This document shows positions 1-11,716 of a stretch of DNA of 64,000 bases, in pieces. The stretch is from assembly GCF_018350175.1 (NCBI RefSeq), contig NC_058368.1:85996001-86060000 (forward strand), read 5' to 3'. Numbering within the stretch: position 1 is the stretch's first letter; the number at the start of each line of letters is the position of its first letter. This DNA comes from Felis catus. Its lineage: Eukaryota. The translations under genes were made by a program, and so were the position numbers. The notes under the pieces are model-generated. The model was not told the DNA's origin. It saw only the letters and a list, made by a program, of their open reading frames with translations, and searched no databases.

Positions 1-164
1 TTAGAACCAGAAATGAATTGAGGAATGGTTTAGCGGGAAGCAGACAGGGAATGGGGTAAAGGCAGGCTGCCACTTAACTATGTTAGAATGGAGACTAATG
101 ACACTATGACACTAGTTGCTTATGGATCGCAATCGGTGGCCCTTCATTTAATTTGTCAAATGGA

Positions 165-384
165 GGGGCGCCTGGGTAGCTCAGTCGGTTAAGCGTCTGA
201 TTTCAGCTCAGGTCATCATCTTGTGGTCTGAGAGTTCGAGCCCTGGGTCAGGCTCTGGGCTGATGGCTTAGAGCCTGGAGCCTGCTTCTGATTCTGTGTC
301 TCCCTCTCTCTCTTCCCCTTGCCCACTCATGCTCTGTCTTTGTCTCAAAAATAAAAATTAAAAAGTTACAAAAAATAAAAAAAA
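165..384 (+). mobile_element. CAN-SINE (tRNA-derived carnivore SINE)
   Basis: ggggcgcctgggtagctcagtcggttaagcg head with Pol III A/B boxes, CT-rich tract and A-rich tail; 19-bp TSD atttaatttgtcaaatgga at 146-164 and 385-403. Confidence 0.95.
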
Positions 385-1190
385 ATTTAATTTGTCAAAT
401 GGAAAACTCCTACCTTCTTAGGATATCTTTTGACTTCCAAAAAATTGTGAAACTTATGAGCTTTGTTTACCATTAGGAACCATAACATTTTTGTTATATT
501 TTACACTTTTGTTGTATTTCAAATAAAATATTGTCATTTGATTTCCACAAATACACTGTGAAGAAGAAAGGTCAGGTATTAATATACTGTTCCACAAAAT
601 AATGCATGGTAAGTATTCTTAGGAGATTTCTCAGTTTATATTACTAATTGGTATAATATTCACATTCATTAGACAACTTTAGAAGCACATTTACCAATTG
701 AAAAAAGTACAGTCTAGATATCAGATATTACTTTGTAAAAATGCCCGTTAGCAACTGAGTTGCAATGTCTTTAAATTCACATACTATATTTACAGTGCTA
801 ATATATGGTTTCAGTTATTTTTATATTATATTAATACTATTGGAACTATATCTGTGGTTACAGTAAATAAGTAAATTTATTTTTAAGTAAATAAATTATA
901 AGTCATAAATAATAAAGTAATAAAGTAAATAAATTTTTAAGTAAATAAATAAATTTTATTTATAGTAAATAAGTAAAAATTTATTTTTACCTACAACTAT
1001 GGAACTTCTTTCACAGCAAAAGTACTTTTAGCCTATATTAACAGAATCCTGGGTAATTGGGTAAATATCTGGATCATTTTACCTCTGACTTGTGTGCTTA
1101 TGTTTTCACCATTTTAAAAATTATTTTTGGATTCATGTATCTATGAAAATATGTACCCATGTGAAGGCACTTTTAAGAAAAGTAATTCAG

Positions 1191-1413
1191 GGGGCACCTG
1201 GGTGGCACAGTCGGTTAAGCGTCCGACTTCAGCCAGGTCACGATCTCGCGGTCCGTGAGTTCGAGCCCTGCGTCGGGCTCTGGGCTGATGGCTCAGAGCC
1301 TGGAGCCTGTTTCCGATTCTGTGTCTCCCTCTCTCTCTGCCCCTCTCCCGTTCATGCTGTCTCTCTCTGTCCCCAAAATAAATAAAAACGTTGAAAAAAA
1401 ATTAAAAAAAAAA
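1191..1413 (+). mobile_element. Young felid-type CAN-SINE
   Basis: Head ggggcacctgggtggcacagtcggttaagcgtccgacttcagccaggtcacgatctcgcgg; poly-A tail; 16-bp TSD aagaaaagtaattcag at 1175-1190 and 1414-1429. Confidence 0.95.
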
Positions 1414-1990
1414 AAGAAAAGTAATTCAGTAAATCCGCTTAAATTTCAAAGAATGATTTAAAGCAAATTTTAAATTACCAAAGCACTTAGATTTCAAGAA
1501 AAAATATATAATTGTTTCTCATTAATTTGTAAGTTGAATAAGATGGACTTGGACTTGAATCCAAACATTGACAGATATTAGTAATCATAGTTGGACAAAC
1601 CTCTCCAAATCTTTGTTTTCACAATTACAAAATAAAAAAAATTCCCATCTCATTGATTTGTTATGAGAATTATTTATAAATGCTCTTCAAACAGCCTGAG
1701 GCACATATAAGTGTTCAGTGTACCACTGGTCATATTCATAAAATATTTTGACAAGAATATATCTGCCTGTTTATATACTCATTTTTTTCCATTCTGCATA
1801 AATCCTCAGTTTCAACTTAAGTGTGTAATTTGATAAATGGAGTGGTATAAAAAGCATGAGCTGAGGGAAAGTAGCAGCTACATTTGAAGAAACTACAAAA
1901 AAATTCTAGATAGAAGAAGGGTCCTTTTATATTGTGTTAATTGTTTTTTATTATTATTGATCATGCTAAGACTGACATGTTCTTCCATAG

Positions 1991-2449
1991 TAAATAATAC
2001 CTTGGATCCTGGCATAGTTCACCGTCCAAATGTCTGAGGACAACTGAAGTGTGAAAGAAGTTGATATCTCTTGGGAACTACCCAAAAGAAGGAATCCATT
2101 GGATAAGTTATTCTGGGTTTTAGGTCAGCATTTTTTTCTTTTCTTTTCTTTTCTTTTCTTTTCTTTTCTTTTCTTTTCTTTTCTTTTTCCTTGAAGGTAA
2201 ACACTACTGGGAAGTGAGTATGAAAAATAAATTAAACTGGACTCTAGGTATTTGTAAGGATTCTGTCAGCAGACAGGGAGAACTCATGCCGCCACCAGAG
2301 ACTGTACTCTGGACACTATGCTTTAATAGAAGTAATGGCTACAAAGCGCTTGAAAATCCATGGATAACACTCGACCTTGAGGAATCTCTGGAAATTATTG
2401 GTATCTTCCTGGATTATGAGGCTGAGAGAGTCTCCTTTTTAATGTGACA
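1991..2449 (+). pseudogene. Disrupted B30.2 (PRY/SPRY) terminal exon of a TRIM/butyrophilin-family gene
   Basis: Follows a splice-acceptor-like tcttccatag (1981-1990). Reads (V)NNTLDPGIVH.. /frameshift/ SEDN*SVKEVDISWELPKRRNPLDKLFWVLGQHFF [TTTTC repeat] LEGKHYWEVSMKNKLNWTLGICKDSVSRQGE..WTL..YKAL..IGIFLDYEAERVSF /frameshift/ NVT. This matches the B30.2 motifs LDP, HYWEV, W-x-x-G, GIFLDYEAG and SFYNVT. Similarity is lost after NVT. Confidence 0.9.
2131..2188 (+). repeat. (TTTTC)n microsatellite inside the B30.2 exon
   Basis: About 11 tandem ttttc units between the VLGQHFF and LEGKHYWEV codons. Confidence 0.95.
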
Positions 2450-4794
2450 ATTAAAGGAAGGTGTTCTTTGTGACTGAGGAAAAATTGCCCTATTTTAAAT
2501 CGACTGAAATTTGGGATTTGTATATCTAATATATTAATATTATAATTCAGATATATAAATATTTTATTTTAGAATTCAAATGATGTGCTTCTTCCTTCAA
2601 ATAAATCTAAAAAAACTCTTTGATGTCATAAATTATACCTTTTTATCATTTCAATCCCCTATATACCTATTTGTTAATGGACAATAATTGCTTGATTGGA
2701 ATTACACGCTGTAGAATTTATTTGATGACAATTCAAATCTACAGAACATAAATAAAATATCCAAATAAAGTACATATTTGTGCAAGTTGTGAAAGAAAGT
2801 TAATTCTCAGTTGATCCCTGATAGGTATGATTTCTCCTTCCTTCATGGTTTGAGATGGAAGAAAATATGGGCTCTACTCTTCATCACCAGGAAATTTGTA
2901 GGAGCCCACACTCTATTAATATGGCCCAAACCTAAGGAATAATGACGGCTTTGAAAAAGAGAGTTCTAAACCTGTACTATGTACAGTACACTCCAAAAAA
3001 TATCTTCAAGTGAATATGTCTTCCAGTCACTCATTTCTTCACCATTTTACCTTCACGTTGTTTTGAAGTTTCAAAGACAATCTTCAACTTAATTTAATAT
3101 AACAGTATCATTGATTCATCTACTCAACAAAAGCTTATTAGGTACTAGATATATATTTGTTTTAGATATCCATTATCTACAGCACTGCAGATTGTCTACC
3201 TGTAACTGTAACTATGTACCTAGTACTGACAGTAAACAGGAAAACACTGGCAAATAGTTACTAATTTCAAAATGCTGTGTGGGAAAATCAAGGTATCCAT
3301 ATAAAGAATGATAGTGAGTGGATTCACTTTAATCTCATCATCAGGAAAACCGTTACTTGGAGGGTGATGAATTAAAGGTGATATTTTGCACATGCATAAG
3401 TGGAAATGATTTTGTTCAAAACAACAGGCAAAATACAGAAAGAGTGGGCCTGGGTGAGAAAGTAGAAGAAGATCTATAGGGCTCAGATGAAATTGGGGCA
3501 GAATGCTTTTAAATTAGGCTGCAGAAGTAAGTAGCTGAAACAACGTGACAGGCTGAACTGAAATGGATTTTCTTTCTACTACTAAAAGATTATTTGGGTT
3601 TATTTTAATAAAATATTTAATATATAAGTAAAGAAATGTTAAAATGAAATATTTGAGCAAAACAAAATAATAGGAGAACTATTCCAAATTGACACCAACT
3701 CTATCACCATAGGGCGTTTTAAAGGAGGTGGCCTAAATCTGGTTACATGAATATGACTGCTCATGGCTTGGAAAATATATGGAGTAAAAAGAGAACATGA
3801 AGGTTTTAGGAAAGATCTGTGGTTGTATTTTGAATTACTGTCCCAGAAAAACAGATGGTATGGTTGTGTGACCCTCACTTAAAACATATGGGAAAGAGTT
3901 AAGAGGTTAGTCTGTCTCCTGAAATTTAAAGAACACAGTGGACCTATCTTTGCCTTCTTCCTGGGATATTGAAATTGACAGAAGGGCCAGGAGATACTCG
4001 GTAGCAGGATGCAGGAGTGCTGCATTTTATGACATGTGCCCTGAGCATATCTGGGTGAGGATATTATGTTTCCAAAGGCTAGAATATGGTCCATGCATCC
4101 TCTGGGATGCTGCCTGCAAAAGTAAATACATATCATTGGAAATTAGATTATGTATCAAAGGATGCCTGGTGCCTGAGATAGAAATCTTGAAAAGCGAAAA
4201 TATAGGCCTATTTCACTTTCTTCAAGGTAACAGGAGGAAAAGAAGTTTCTCAAATATTTGGTGTTTTTAAAGTACCAAAGAGGGGGAAATGAGCTTGAAA
4301 TGCCTTTTAAATGTAACCCATTACAACAATGATCGCGAAAACTTTCTCACTCTTGTTATAAAAGAATAATAATAGTAATAGTAATAATAATAAGTGTACC
4401 TAATTTCAACAATAATTATAAGTGTTGTCATTTATATTACCTCGCTCAGACACTTCACAGTTCCCGACAATGTGTATTTTCCCTTACTGCAGTGAGTAAT
4501 ATACCCACCTCGCTCAATTACAGGTGTTTTCCTGGTAACCTTTCGCTAGAGGGCATTGATAAATGCTAAAGGGTAAAGGCATCTATCATATAGATGCATC
4601 TTTCCACTAACAATAAACTGTCTTGTAGAATAAGATTTAGAAAATGGAAAATTCAGGGCAAAGAGGAAATTCATGACAAAAATAATTTTCCAAACATAAC
4701 TATTCCAGTTACACAAGACACGATACAATTTCATTGTGCTGAAAGGCCTGAAATTCTGTTTTAATTAAAAATAAGAAAATGAGAAAAGAGTAAA

Positions 4795-6378
4795 TGACAG
4801 AGTTGTAGGGTGACTCCTCTAAGCCTGCCTAGTCCTTCAAACACACCTAGATAAATAACAAATCATTCTGGACATCCAAGAAATCAATATCAAGACTGAG
4901 AGAACAAAACAAGAGCATATCTACAAGTAAAAGAAAACCAACTCTTGGAAGGTAAGAACTGCATAGGGTTGATATGGGGAGGAAAGAACTGTGAGTGCTC
5001 CAAAAGGGAAGCATCCTTGACTACAGAGAGAGGAATCAGCTAGTAAGCATGAGAGAGAGAGAAAGAGAAAGAGTGAAACAGCAAGCAGGGAATTGCAGAA
5101 GGAAATCTCTTCCCATAATCCATGGACTGGGAAAAGGAGAGGGGCTATTTCAAGTCATTATAAGCAGCAGAGCACAGTCTGCAGTTTTAGAAGTACATGC
5201 CATCGCCCAAGGTCATGTCTGTTCGGTTTAGCAGTGCTCCTGTGGTGAAGAAGGGTAGAGACATGGGACTGGGCAGCATGGTCTGCGGATCACTTGGCAT
5301 AAATAGTTCCTCTTTTAGAAGTGTATTTTGGAGTTGGGCCATAGCTTCTCTGGGCCAAACGAACTGGTGGTGTCAGTGTGTTGCCTTGTTCATTAGAATA
5401 GGGACAGGGACACTAGCTGAAGACAACAAACTGGATTCTGTATTTTTGCTGAGTATTACCATAAACTTTGAACCATTATGTAGTTGTGCAAGCACTTTTG
5501 TGGGATGAACGAGCAAATCACAAAAACACAGCGGAATCCTCCTCCATAGGAGCCGTGCAAGTTCATGATGTATGGGTTCATAAAATTTGGAGTTTTGAAA
5601 CCCAGCCAAATGTCTGATATGTGACACAGCAGTACTGTGCCTCCTGACAGGCAGACAGCTCAGACACAGACAAGGTGAAGGCAGGGATCTGACAGACTTT
5701 GGGGACACAAGATGGGGATTACTATTCTGTGAGGGCTTAGTAAAGAGTAGTTGGTACAAACTACCCACTCCAGGGAGAATAAAGTGGGAGGTTGAGACCC
5801 CCCAGCTCATCACACTGACCAACTTCAGTGAGCAACACAGCACCCCAAAGTGGAGACCAGAGCTCTTTACACCAACTCCTCCCTGACCCCTGCTGGTGAA
5901 TCTCCAGTAGAACATGTACTCCTGAGAGTCATTCCAGCAGGACCCTTCCCAAAAGACCAGCACAAACTCCTCACACCAAGCCTACTGATCATAGAATGTT
6001 CCAAAGCTTCAGTGGAAGGGAAGTAGGATCTAGCTTCTATTTATTTTATTTTATTTTATTTTATTTTATTTTATTTTATTTTATTTTATTTTATTTTTAT
6101 TTTTTGTTCTATTCTATTCTATTCTATTCTGATCTAGCTTCTTTTAACAAGAAGACCAAAACACACATAGTTAAAACTTGCCACGCAATGGACAATGGCC
6201 AAACACTCTCCAACTGCAGGCAAGGAGAAACTCTTCAGAGTACTGAATTGGGAGTGTGCATAAACAAAACACCAACAGTAGAGTACATATAGAGCCCCCC
6301 CTCCATTTTTTTATGGACCTCTTCTTAATATAGTCATTGCTCTCAGGAGCAGGAATATGACAGGCTTCCCAACAATCA

Positions 6379-6419
<41 letters not shown>

Positions 6420-6990
6420 CAAAAACAAACAAACAAACAAACAAACAAAAAACCCACAGTGATCTAGATGAAATTAAATGATGGAAGAATACACCTCAAA
6501 AGAAAGAACAGGAAGAAGGGATGACAAGGGATTTAATAAATACAGATAAAAGCATGATGTCTGAAACAGAATTAAGAAAAAAAAATTAAGATATAAAAGA
6601 ATAGAAAACACTAAACAATCCCTAAAGAGATAACTAACACTAAGGAGAAAACAACTAAAAACTGGTGAACCTGAAATTAAAAATTCTATAACTGAAATGT
6701 AAATCTGACTGGATGGCATGACAGCAAGAATTGTTGAAGGAGAAAAATAAATTAATGATATTGAAGATAAAATTATCGAAAATGATGAAGCTGAAAGGAA
6801 GAAGGGAAGAAAGGTATTGTACCAAAGGTAGACTTACAAAAGTCAATGACTACTTAACTTGTAATAAAATCTCTGTGATTTAGAAGAAGGAGGAGGAGGA
6901 GGAAGAGGAGGAGGAGAAGGAGGAGAGGAGGAGGAGAAGGAGGAGAAGGAGAAGGGAGAAAATGTGGCAAAAGGTTCATTTGACGATTTG
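4795..6990 (+). mobile_element. Carnivore L1 5' portion (5'UTR plus decayed ORF1 N-terminus)
   Basis: GC-richer 5'UTR-like sequence resembling the other L1 5'UTRs in the window. From ~6480 reads WKNTPQKKEQEEGMTRDLINTDKSMMSETE, homologous to the ORF1 starts at 11269 and 16951. Contains (TTTTA)n ~6040-6130, (CA)n ~6381-6417 and a GA-rich tract ~6882-6960. Confidence 0.75.
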
Positions 6991-6999
6991 TATGCTTTT

Positions 7000-7197
7000 G
7001 TAATTGTTTTTAATGTTTGTTTATTTTTGAGGAAGGAAGACAGAATATGAGTGGAACAGAGGCAGAGAGAGGGAGACACGTTATCCCAATGAGTCTCCAG
7101 GCTCTGAGCTGTCAGCATAGAACCTGATGTGGGGCTCAAACTCACAAACTGTGAGGACATGACCTGAGTCGAACTCGGGGAAACCAACTGAGCCCCG
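7000..7197 (-). mobile_element. CAN-SINE, diverged and partial
   Basis: T-rich tail then gagagagggagacac..ctccaggctctgagctgtcagc..gtggggctcaaactcacaaactgtgag, the reverse complement of a SINE body. Confidence 0.85.
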
Positions 7198-7199
7198 AC

Positions 7200-7518
7200 T
7201 GTGTATTTTATAGTTCCATGAAAATTTTAGAATTGTGTGATCTAGGTCTGTCAAGAATGCCATTTTGTTTTTGTTTTTTTTTTTTCTTTGAGAGGTTTTG
7301 CATTATATGTCTAGATTGATTTGGGTAGCATAGACATTTTAACAATAATTATTCTTCCAATCCATGAGCATGGAATGCTTTTCTGTCTTTGTGTCCTCTT
7401 CAATTTCTTTCATAAGTTTTCTATAGTTTTCTGAGTATAATTATTTTACCTCTTTAGTTAGGTTTATTCATAGTATCTGATGGCTTTTGGTACAATTGTA
7501 AGTGGAATTGATTCTTTG
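7200..7518 (-). mobile_element. L1 ORF2 fragment
   Basis: Homologous to 13220-13510 (gacattttaacaata..ttcttccaatccatgagcatgga). Confidence 0.85.
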
Positions 7519-8744
7519 ACAGGTATTTTTCTTAATGTGGGAATAAAGTGAAAATTGCCAAAGCAAGCCTAAAATAAGGTGCAAGAATAAAGATGCGGAT
7601 TTTGTTGAATGGAAACCGTGATGTCATCAGTGTTAAATCCTGTGGCTGTCCAATTGCTTTGCTTCTATGGCATAAAGAGAATTCTGGAAAGCAGCTCGAG
7701 TGTCTTGTTCTTGATTCCTGAGCCATGAGACAGTTGAAGATCCTTGGCAATACCAGTAACAGAAGGGTTATCAGAGTAATTTATGAGTTGTGTGGTCTGG
7801 GATAAATGTTTCTTTCAGAAATATTATGGAGGCCATTTTTCACCTCTTTTTACAACCAAATAACACAGAAGCTCTAATTGCAGCTGACAGCCACAAAGGA
7901 AAGAAAATCAGTGCTTGAGCATCAGTCACTGAGGCTGATTGCTGATGCTGAATTCTGGAGATCGTTTTCCTCAGGAATGTGCCAACATCCACTTCTCTGG
8001 GAAGTAAAGAACTTTTGAGAGCCACAGAAGCTGTTAGGGAGATGGGTGCATGAGCAAAGCTGATGGGCTGGGGAAAATATACAGTTTGGGTTTCCAAATA
8101 CAGTCTGAGAGTGATGCCACAAGTGAGGAAAGGGAAAAATATGGTGAGAACAAATCTAAACAGCTTTCACGGACTGAGTGTAATCTATAGGAGAACTGAG
8201 GAAGAAGAGAAATGCCAAGTGGTTGCCATGTAAAGAGAACTAAGAGAAGGTGCTCTCACCCTTTACAGGTCTGGGTGGCTCATCCTGACCATCTGTCCAA
8301 CAAGTCTGCTAAGGGACATTAAATCTCTCATTTCCAAATGGAAAAGAGTGATACACAGTTATGTCAGTCTCTGATTAGAAGGTCCCTCTCCTTTCTATGG
8401 CCCCACGCCAACTCCTTTCCTATAGAGGGAACTACACTAAAAAGGTGGAGAACACAAATATTTGGAGACTTTGGGGCAATGGGATATAGACATATCTACG
8501 TCTGGTTTATTGCCTAAACAGAAAATGCAGCTCTTTGCAGGTATAACACAAAAAGCAGCACACACTAAGAGGGCTTGCTCAGTGTGATTCCTGATAATGG
8601 CTTCCATGATGATGTATAATGCTCACTACAGGACTGAGCTAAAAGAGGATGAAGTGCTGGCTCTCATTCTCTTTTCCATAGCAAGATCGACAGACACCCA
8701 GGGACCAAGGGAGGGGTGAAAATCAGCAGGTGAAATAGAACACA

Positions 8745-9545
8745 TTTTAATAAATGGTGATCAGGAAAGTAGGTATTCATATGGAAAATTTTCAATGCAT
8801 TCTTACTTCATATCACACATAGATGTCAACTTTAAGTGTATTTCAGTCTTAAATATAAAAAAAATTATACAAAATTTAGAAAATAACATGAGTCACTGTC
8901 TTTATACTCTTAGGGAATATTTCAAATAAGACATAAAATTACTGACACTAAAACAAATGGATGATTTTTACTATATTAAAATAAGCCAATTATATTAATG
9001 AAAACAAAACATAAAGAGGATCAGAAGCAACAAAATCAGAAAGAGTATTTTCAAAAATATGAGGAAAAATACATATAAAAATTAAGTAAAGCCAAAAAGC
9101 ACCTCAAGAAAGAGTTAATCCAGACATCTAATAAACAAATGAATATATTCAACATTTTTTCCATTAGGAAAATGCAAATTAAAACCACAGTTATATATTT
9201 TCCTATGACCAGCATGTTTCCATATATTAAATATTGAAAGAATAACACATATTGGTAAGGGAAAGAAACAAAAGAATCCTTCATAATGTACTGGTGTGAA
9301 TATAATTTGCCATAGTAATTTTGGAAAAATTTTTGCATTATGCAATTTAGGAAACACTCTATGACCCAATAATCAAAATTTTAAAAACAAAAGGTAAGTA
9401 ATTGTATTCCTAAAGGCAACAAGAAACAAGTATATAAATGTCCTTACAATATTGTTTATAATATTCCCAAATGGATAAAAAGAACTAGTGTCCATCAAAA
9501 TATAGATTGAATGCATACATTTACATATATGTATAAAATATAAAA
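8745..9545 (+). mobile_element. Ancient L1 (L1M-type) ORF2 3' fragment
   Basis: Degenerate L1 3' motifs, e.g. attaggaaaatgcaaattaaaaccaca and ctatgacccaataa. Confidence 0.6.
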
Positions 9546-9549
9546 TTTG

Positions 9550-11540
9550 GGACTGTGATTCAAGATGGCAGAACAGCACGGAAGCTCTCAGCTTGTCTCT
9601 GTCCCTGAAAACACAGCTAAATCAGCACAAATCTTGGAAATAGATATGAGGATTTTACACAACTTGGAAAATTATCTCAGGATTGACACAAAAATCTGCA
9701 ACACTTTAACCACAGAACCCAGAGGGTAAGTAGTGCAGAGAGGTAAACTGGGGGAGAGAAAACTCAAGGAAGTTAGGGAGCTGTTTTTGCAGAGAGAAGA
9801 CAGAGGAAGATAAACGGGGGGAATGTGGTGCATCAGGAGAGTGCAGGAAAAGCACTCCCCTAAAAGTAGCTGGAGAGAAAGAAAGAGTGAAAACACTCAC
9901 AAGGGACTGACCAAGAAATATATACCCCAAAGCCATTGGTGGGGAGAAAGGAGAAGGTTTCAATACCATTAAGATTCTATGAACAGTGGAGCACAGAGTC
10001 TGAAATTCTGGACCCCAGTGCCTGGTGGCACTCTTGTGAAGAAAAAGCATGAATCCCCAGAAACAGACAGCAGGGTCTGAAGCGTCCATGTGCCACACAG
10101 GGATAAGTGGTTCCCCCATGTGAAGAGCATTTGGTAGAATCCATATGGCCTCCCCACATGCAAAGTTTCCAGTGGACCTCAGAGAACAACCACATTTGCT
10201 GGGATTGGGACAAAGACTTCAGAGTGAGGTGAAACCTGGTGCAGGCTATGTGTTGTGATTTTCCAAAATCCCTGAAAATCTGCCACTGAGTGATCACACA
10301 TCTTCTGGAACAAGCCAGCACCTGACCATTGCTCAGCAAGACCCTACCCCAGAGATTTGGAGTGGGACTAAGCTCCAAGGTTCTCTGAAGTGAGGAGTTT
10401 TGAAACACAACTCTATCTGAGATAAAATTCTGGAGGAAGGCTCTACCTGGCAGCCTGATGGAATAGACATGGACAGGGTAGAGACAAGGAGTAGACTGAT
10501 GCCTGAGACAAGGCAGGGGTACATGATCTCAGGTCAGTGAGATTGCAAAACTCCTGTTCCAGAGACTAGGAAGCTGGGTGAAGCCATTTCCACATCACCT
10601 GCACCACACATACACGTGCATAGACTTGCATGCACACCATACCAATCCACCACAGTAAGCTAAGAAGCACCACCTAGTGGACAACGGAAATTTTATACCA
10701 ATGCCACCCAACTGCACCCTCCTAACACATCCCCTAGAAGACCAGCACAAGTACATCCACCTTCTTAGTATATGGACCATACAGTGCTTCATAGTTTTTG
10801 TTCTAGGGGAAGCTGGATGTAACTTAATTCAGATTTCATTCTGTTTACTGGTTCATTGATTTGTTTTTTTGTTTGTTTTTGTTTTGTTTGTTTTGCTTCT
10901 GATTTGATTAAAGGGTTTTTTCTTTTTTTTCTTTTTTCTTTTCTTGGATACAGAAAGAGAAAAAATATTTTCTTTTTTTACATTGTTTTTTTAAATTTTT
11001 TAAATTATTTTCTTGCCGGTTATTTTTGGTAATGTTTTAAATCAGTTTCACTTTATTTCATTTCATTCTACTTTATTATATGCATTCTTTCATTTTTAAT
11101 TTTTTTCTTACTTTTCTTTTCATTTCTTTGTATAACTTTCTTTTTTTTCTCTACGCTATCAACCTTATTTTCACAAACAGAACAAACACACAGGATCTTA
11201 TTTCCTTTATTTGATTTTTTGTTTTATTTTTTTTTTACTTTTTATTTTATTAATTTTTTTCTTCTAAAATGACAAAAGGAAGCAATTCACCCCAAAAGAT
11301 AGAACAGGAAGAAATGGCAGCCAAGAGCTTAACCAACACAGTTATATGCAACATGTTTGAACTCAAATATAGAACTACGATTATAAAAATACAAGCTGCT
11401 GTTGAAAAAAGCATAGAATCCCTTTCTGTGGAGATGAAAGAAGTAAAATCTAGTCAGGGCAAAATTAAAAATGTCAGTTGACATGTAATCTTAATACTTG
11501 ACACAGTAACAAGGATGGGAAAAGGAGAGCAGTGCATCAG

Positions 11541-11543
<3 letters not shown>
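9550..11543 (+). mobile_element. Carnivore L1 5' portion (5'UTR plus ORF1 N-terminus), 3'-truncated
   Basis: Starts near caagatggc (YY1-type L1 start motif, ~9561). ORF 11269-11481 MTKGSNSPQKIEQEEMAAKSL.. is an ORF1 N-terminus. The 5'UTR is homologous to the reverse complement of ~29850-31095. Confidence 0.85.
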
Positions 11544-11614
<71 letters not shown>

Positions 11615-11667
11615 ATATATATATGTATATATATGTATGCATATATATGTGTATATATATGTATGTA

Positions 11668-11698
<31 letters not shown>

Positions 11699-11716
11699 GT
11701 TTGTATGTATGTATAT
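11544..11716. repeat. Compound (TA)n/(TG)n microsatellite, probably the decayed tail of the adjacent minus-strand L1
   Basis: Alternating ta/tg/tatg runs directly abutting the L1 3' end. Confidence 0.9.

Noticed and set aside
836..1007. Repeated agtaaataa units that superficially resemble a spaced repeat array
   Set aside because: Low-complexity AT-rich slippage repeats without unique spacers, in a eukaryotic context; not CRISPR
1800..1920. Possible penultimate TRIM exon (ELRESSSY..ETTKKF) upstream of the B30.2 exon
   Set aside because: Needs a frameshift and has no intact GT donor; too weak to call
5373..5963. 196-aa minus-strand ORF
   Set aside because: Lies antisense within an L1 5'UTR, with no recognisable domain and no equivalent open frame in the other 5'UTR copies
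7520..8130. Non-repeat-looking stretch with faint peptide echoes (GIFL, SFRN and WRPFF on +, resembling SPRY motifs; HLILGLLWQ on -, resembling a calponin-homology motif)
   Set aside because: The motifs lie in different frames with wrong spacing and many stops; chance cannot be excluded without a profile search
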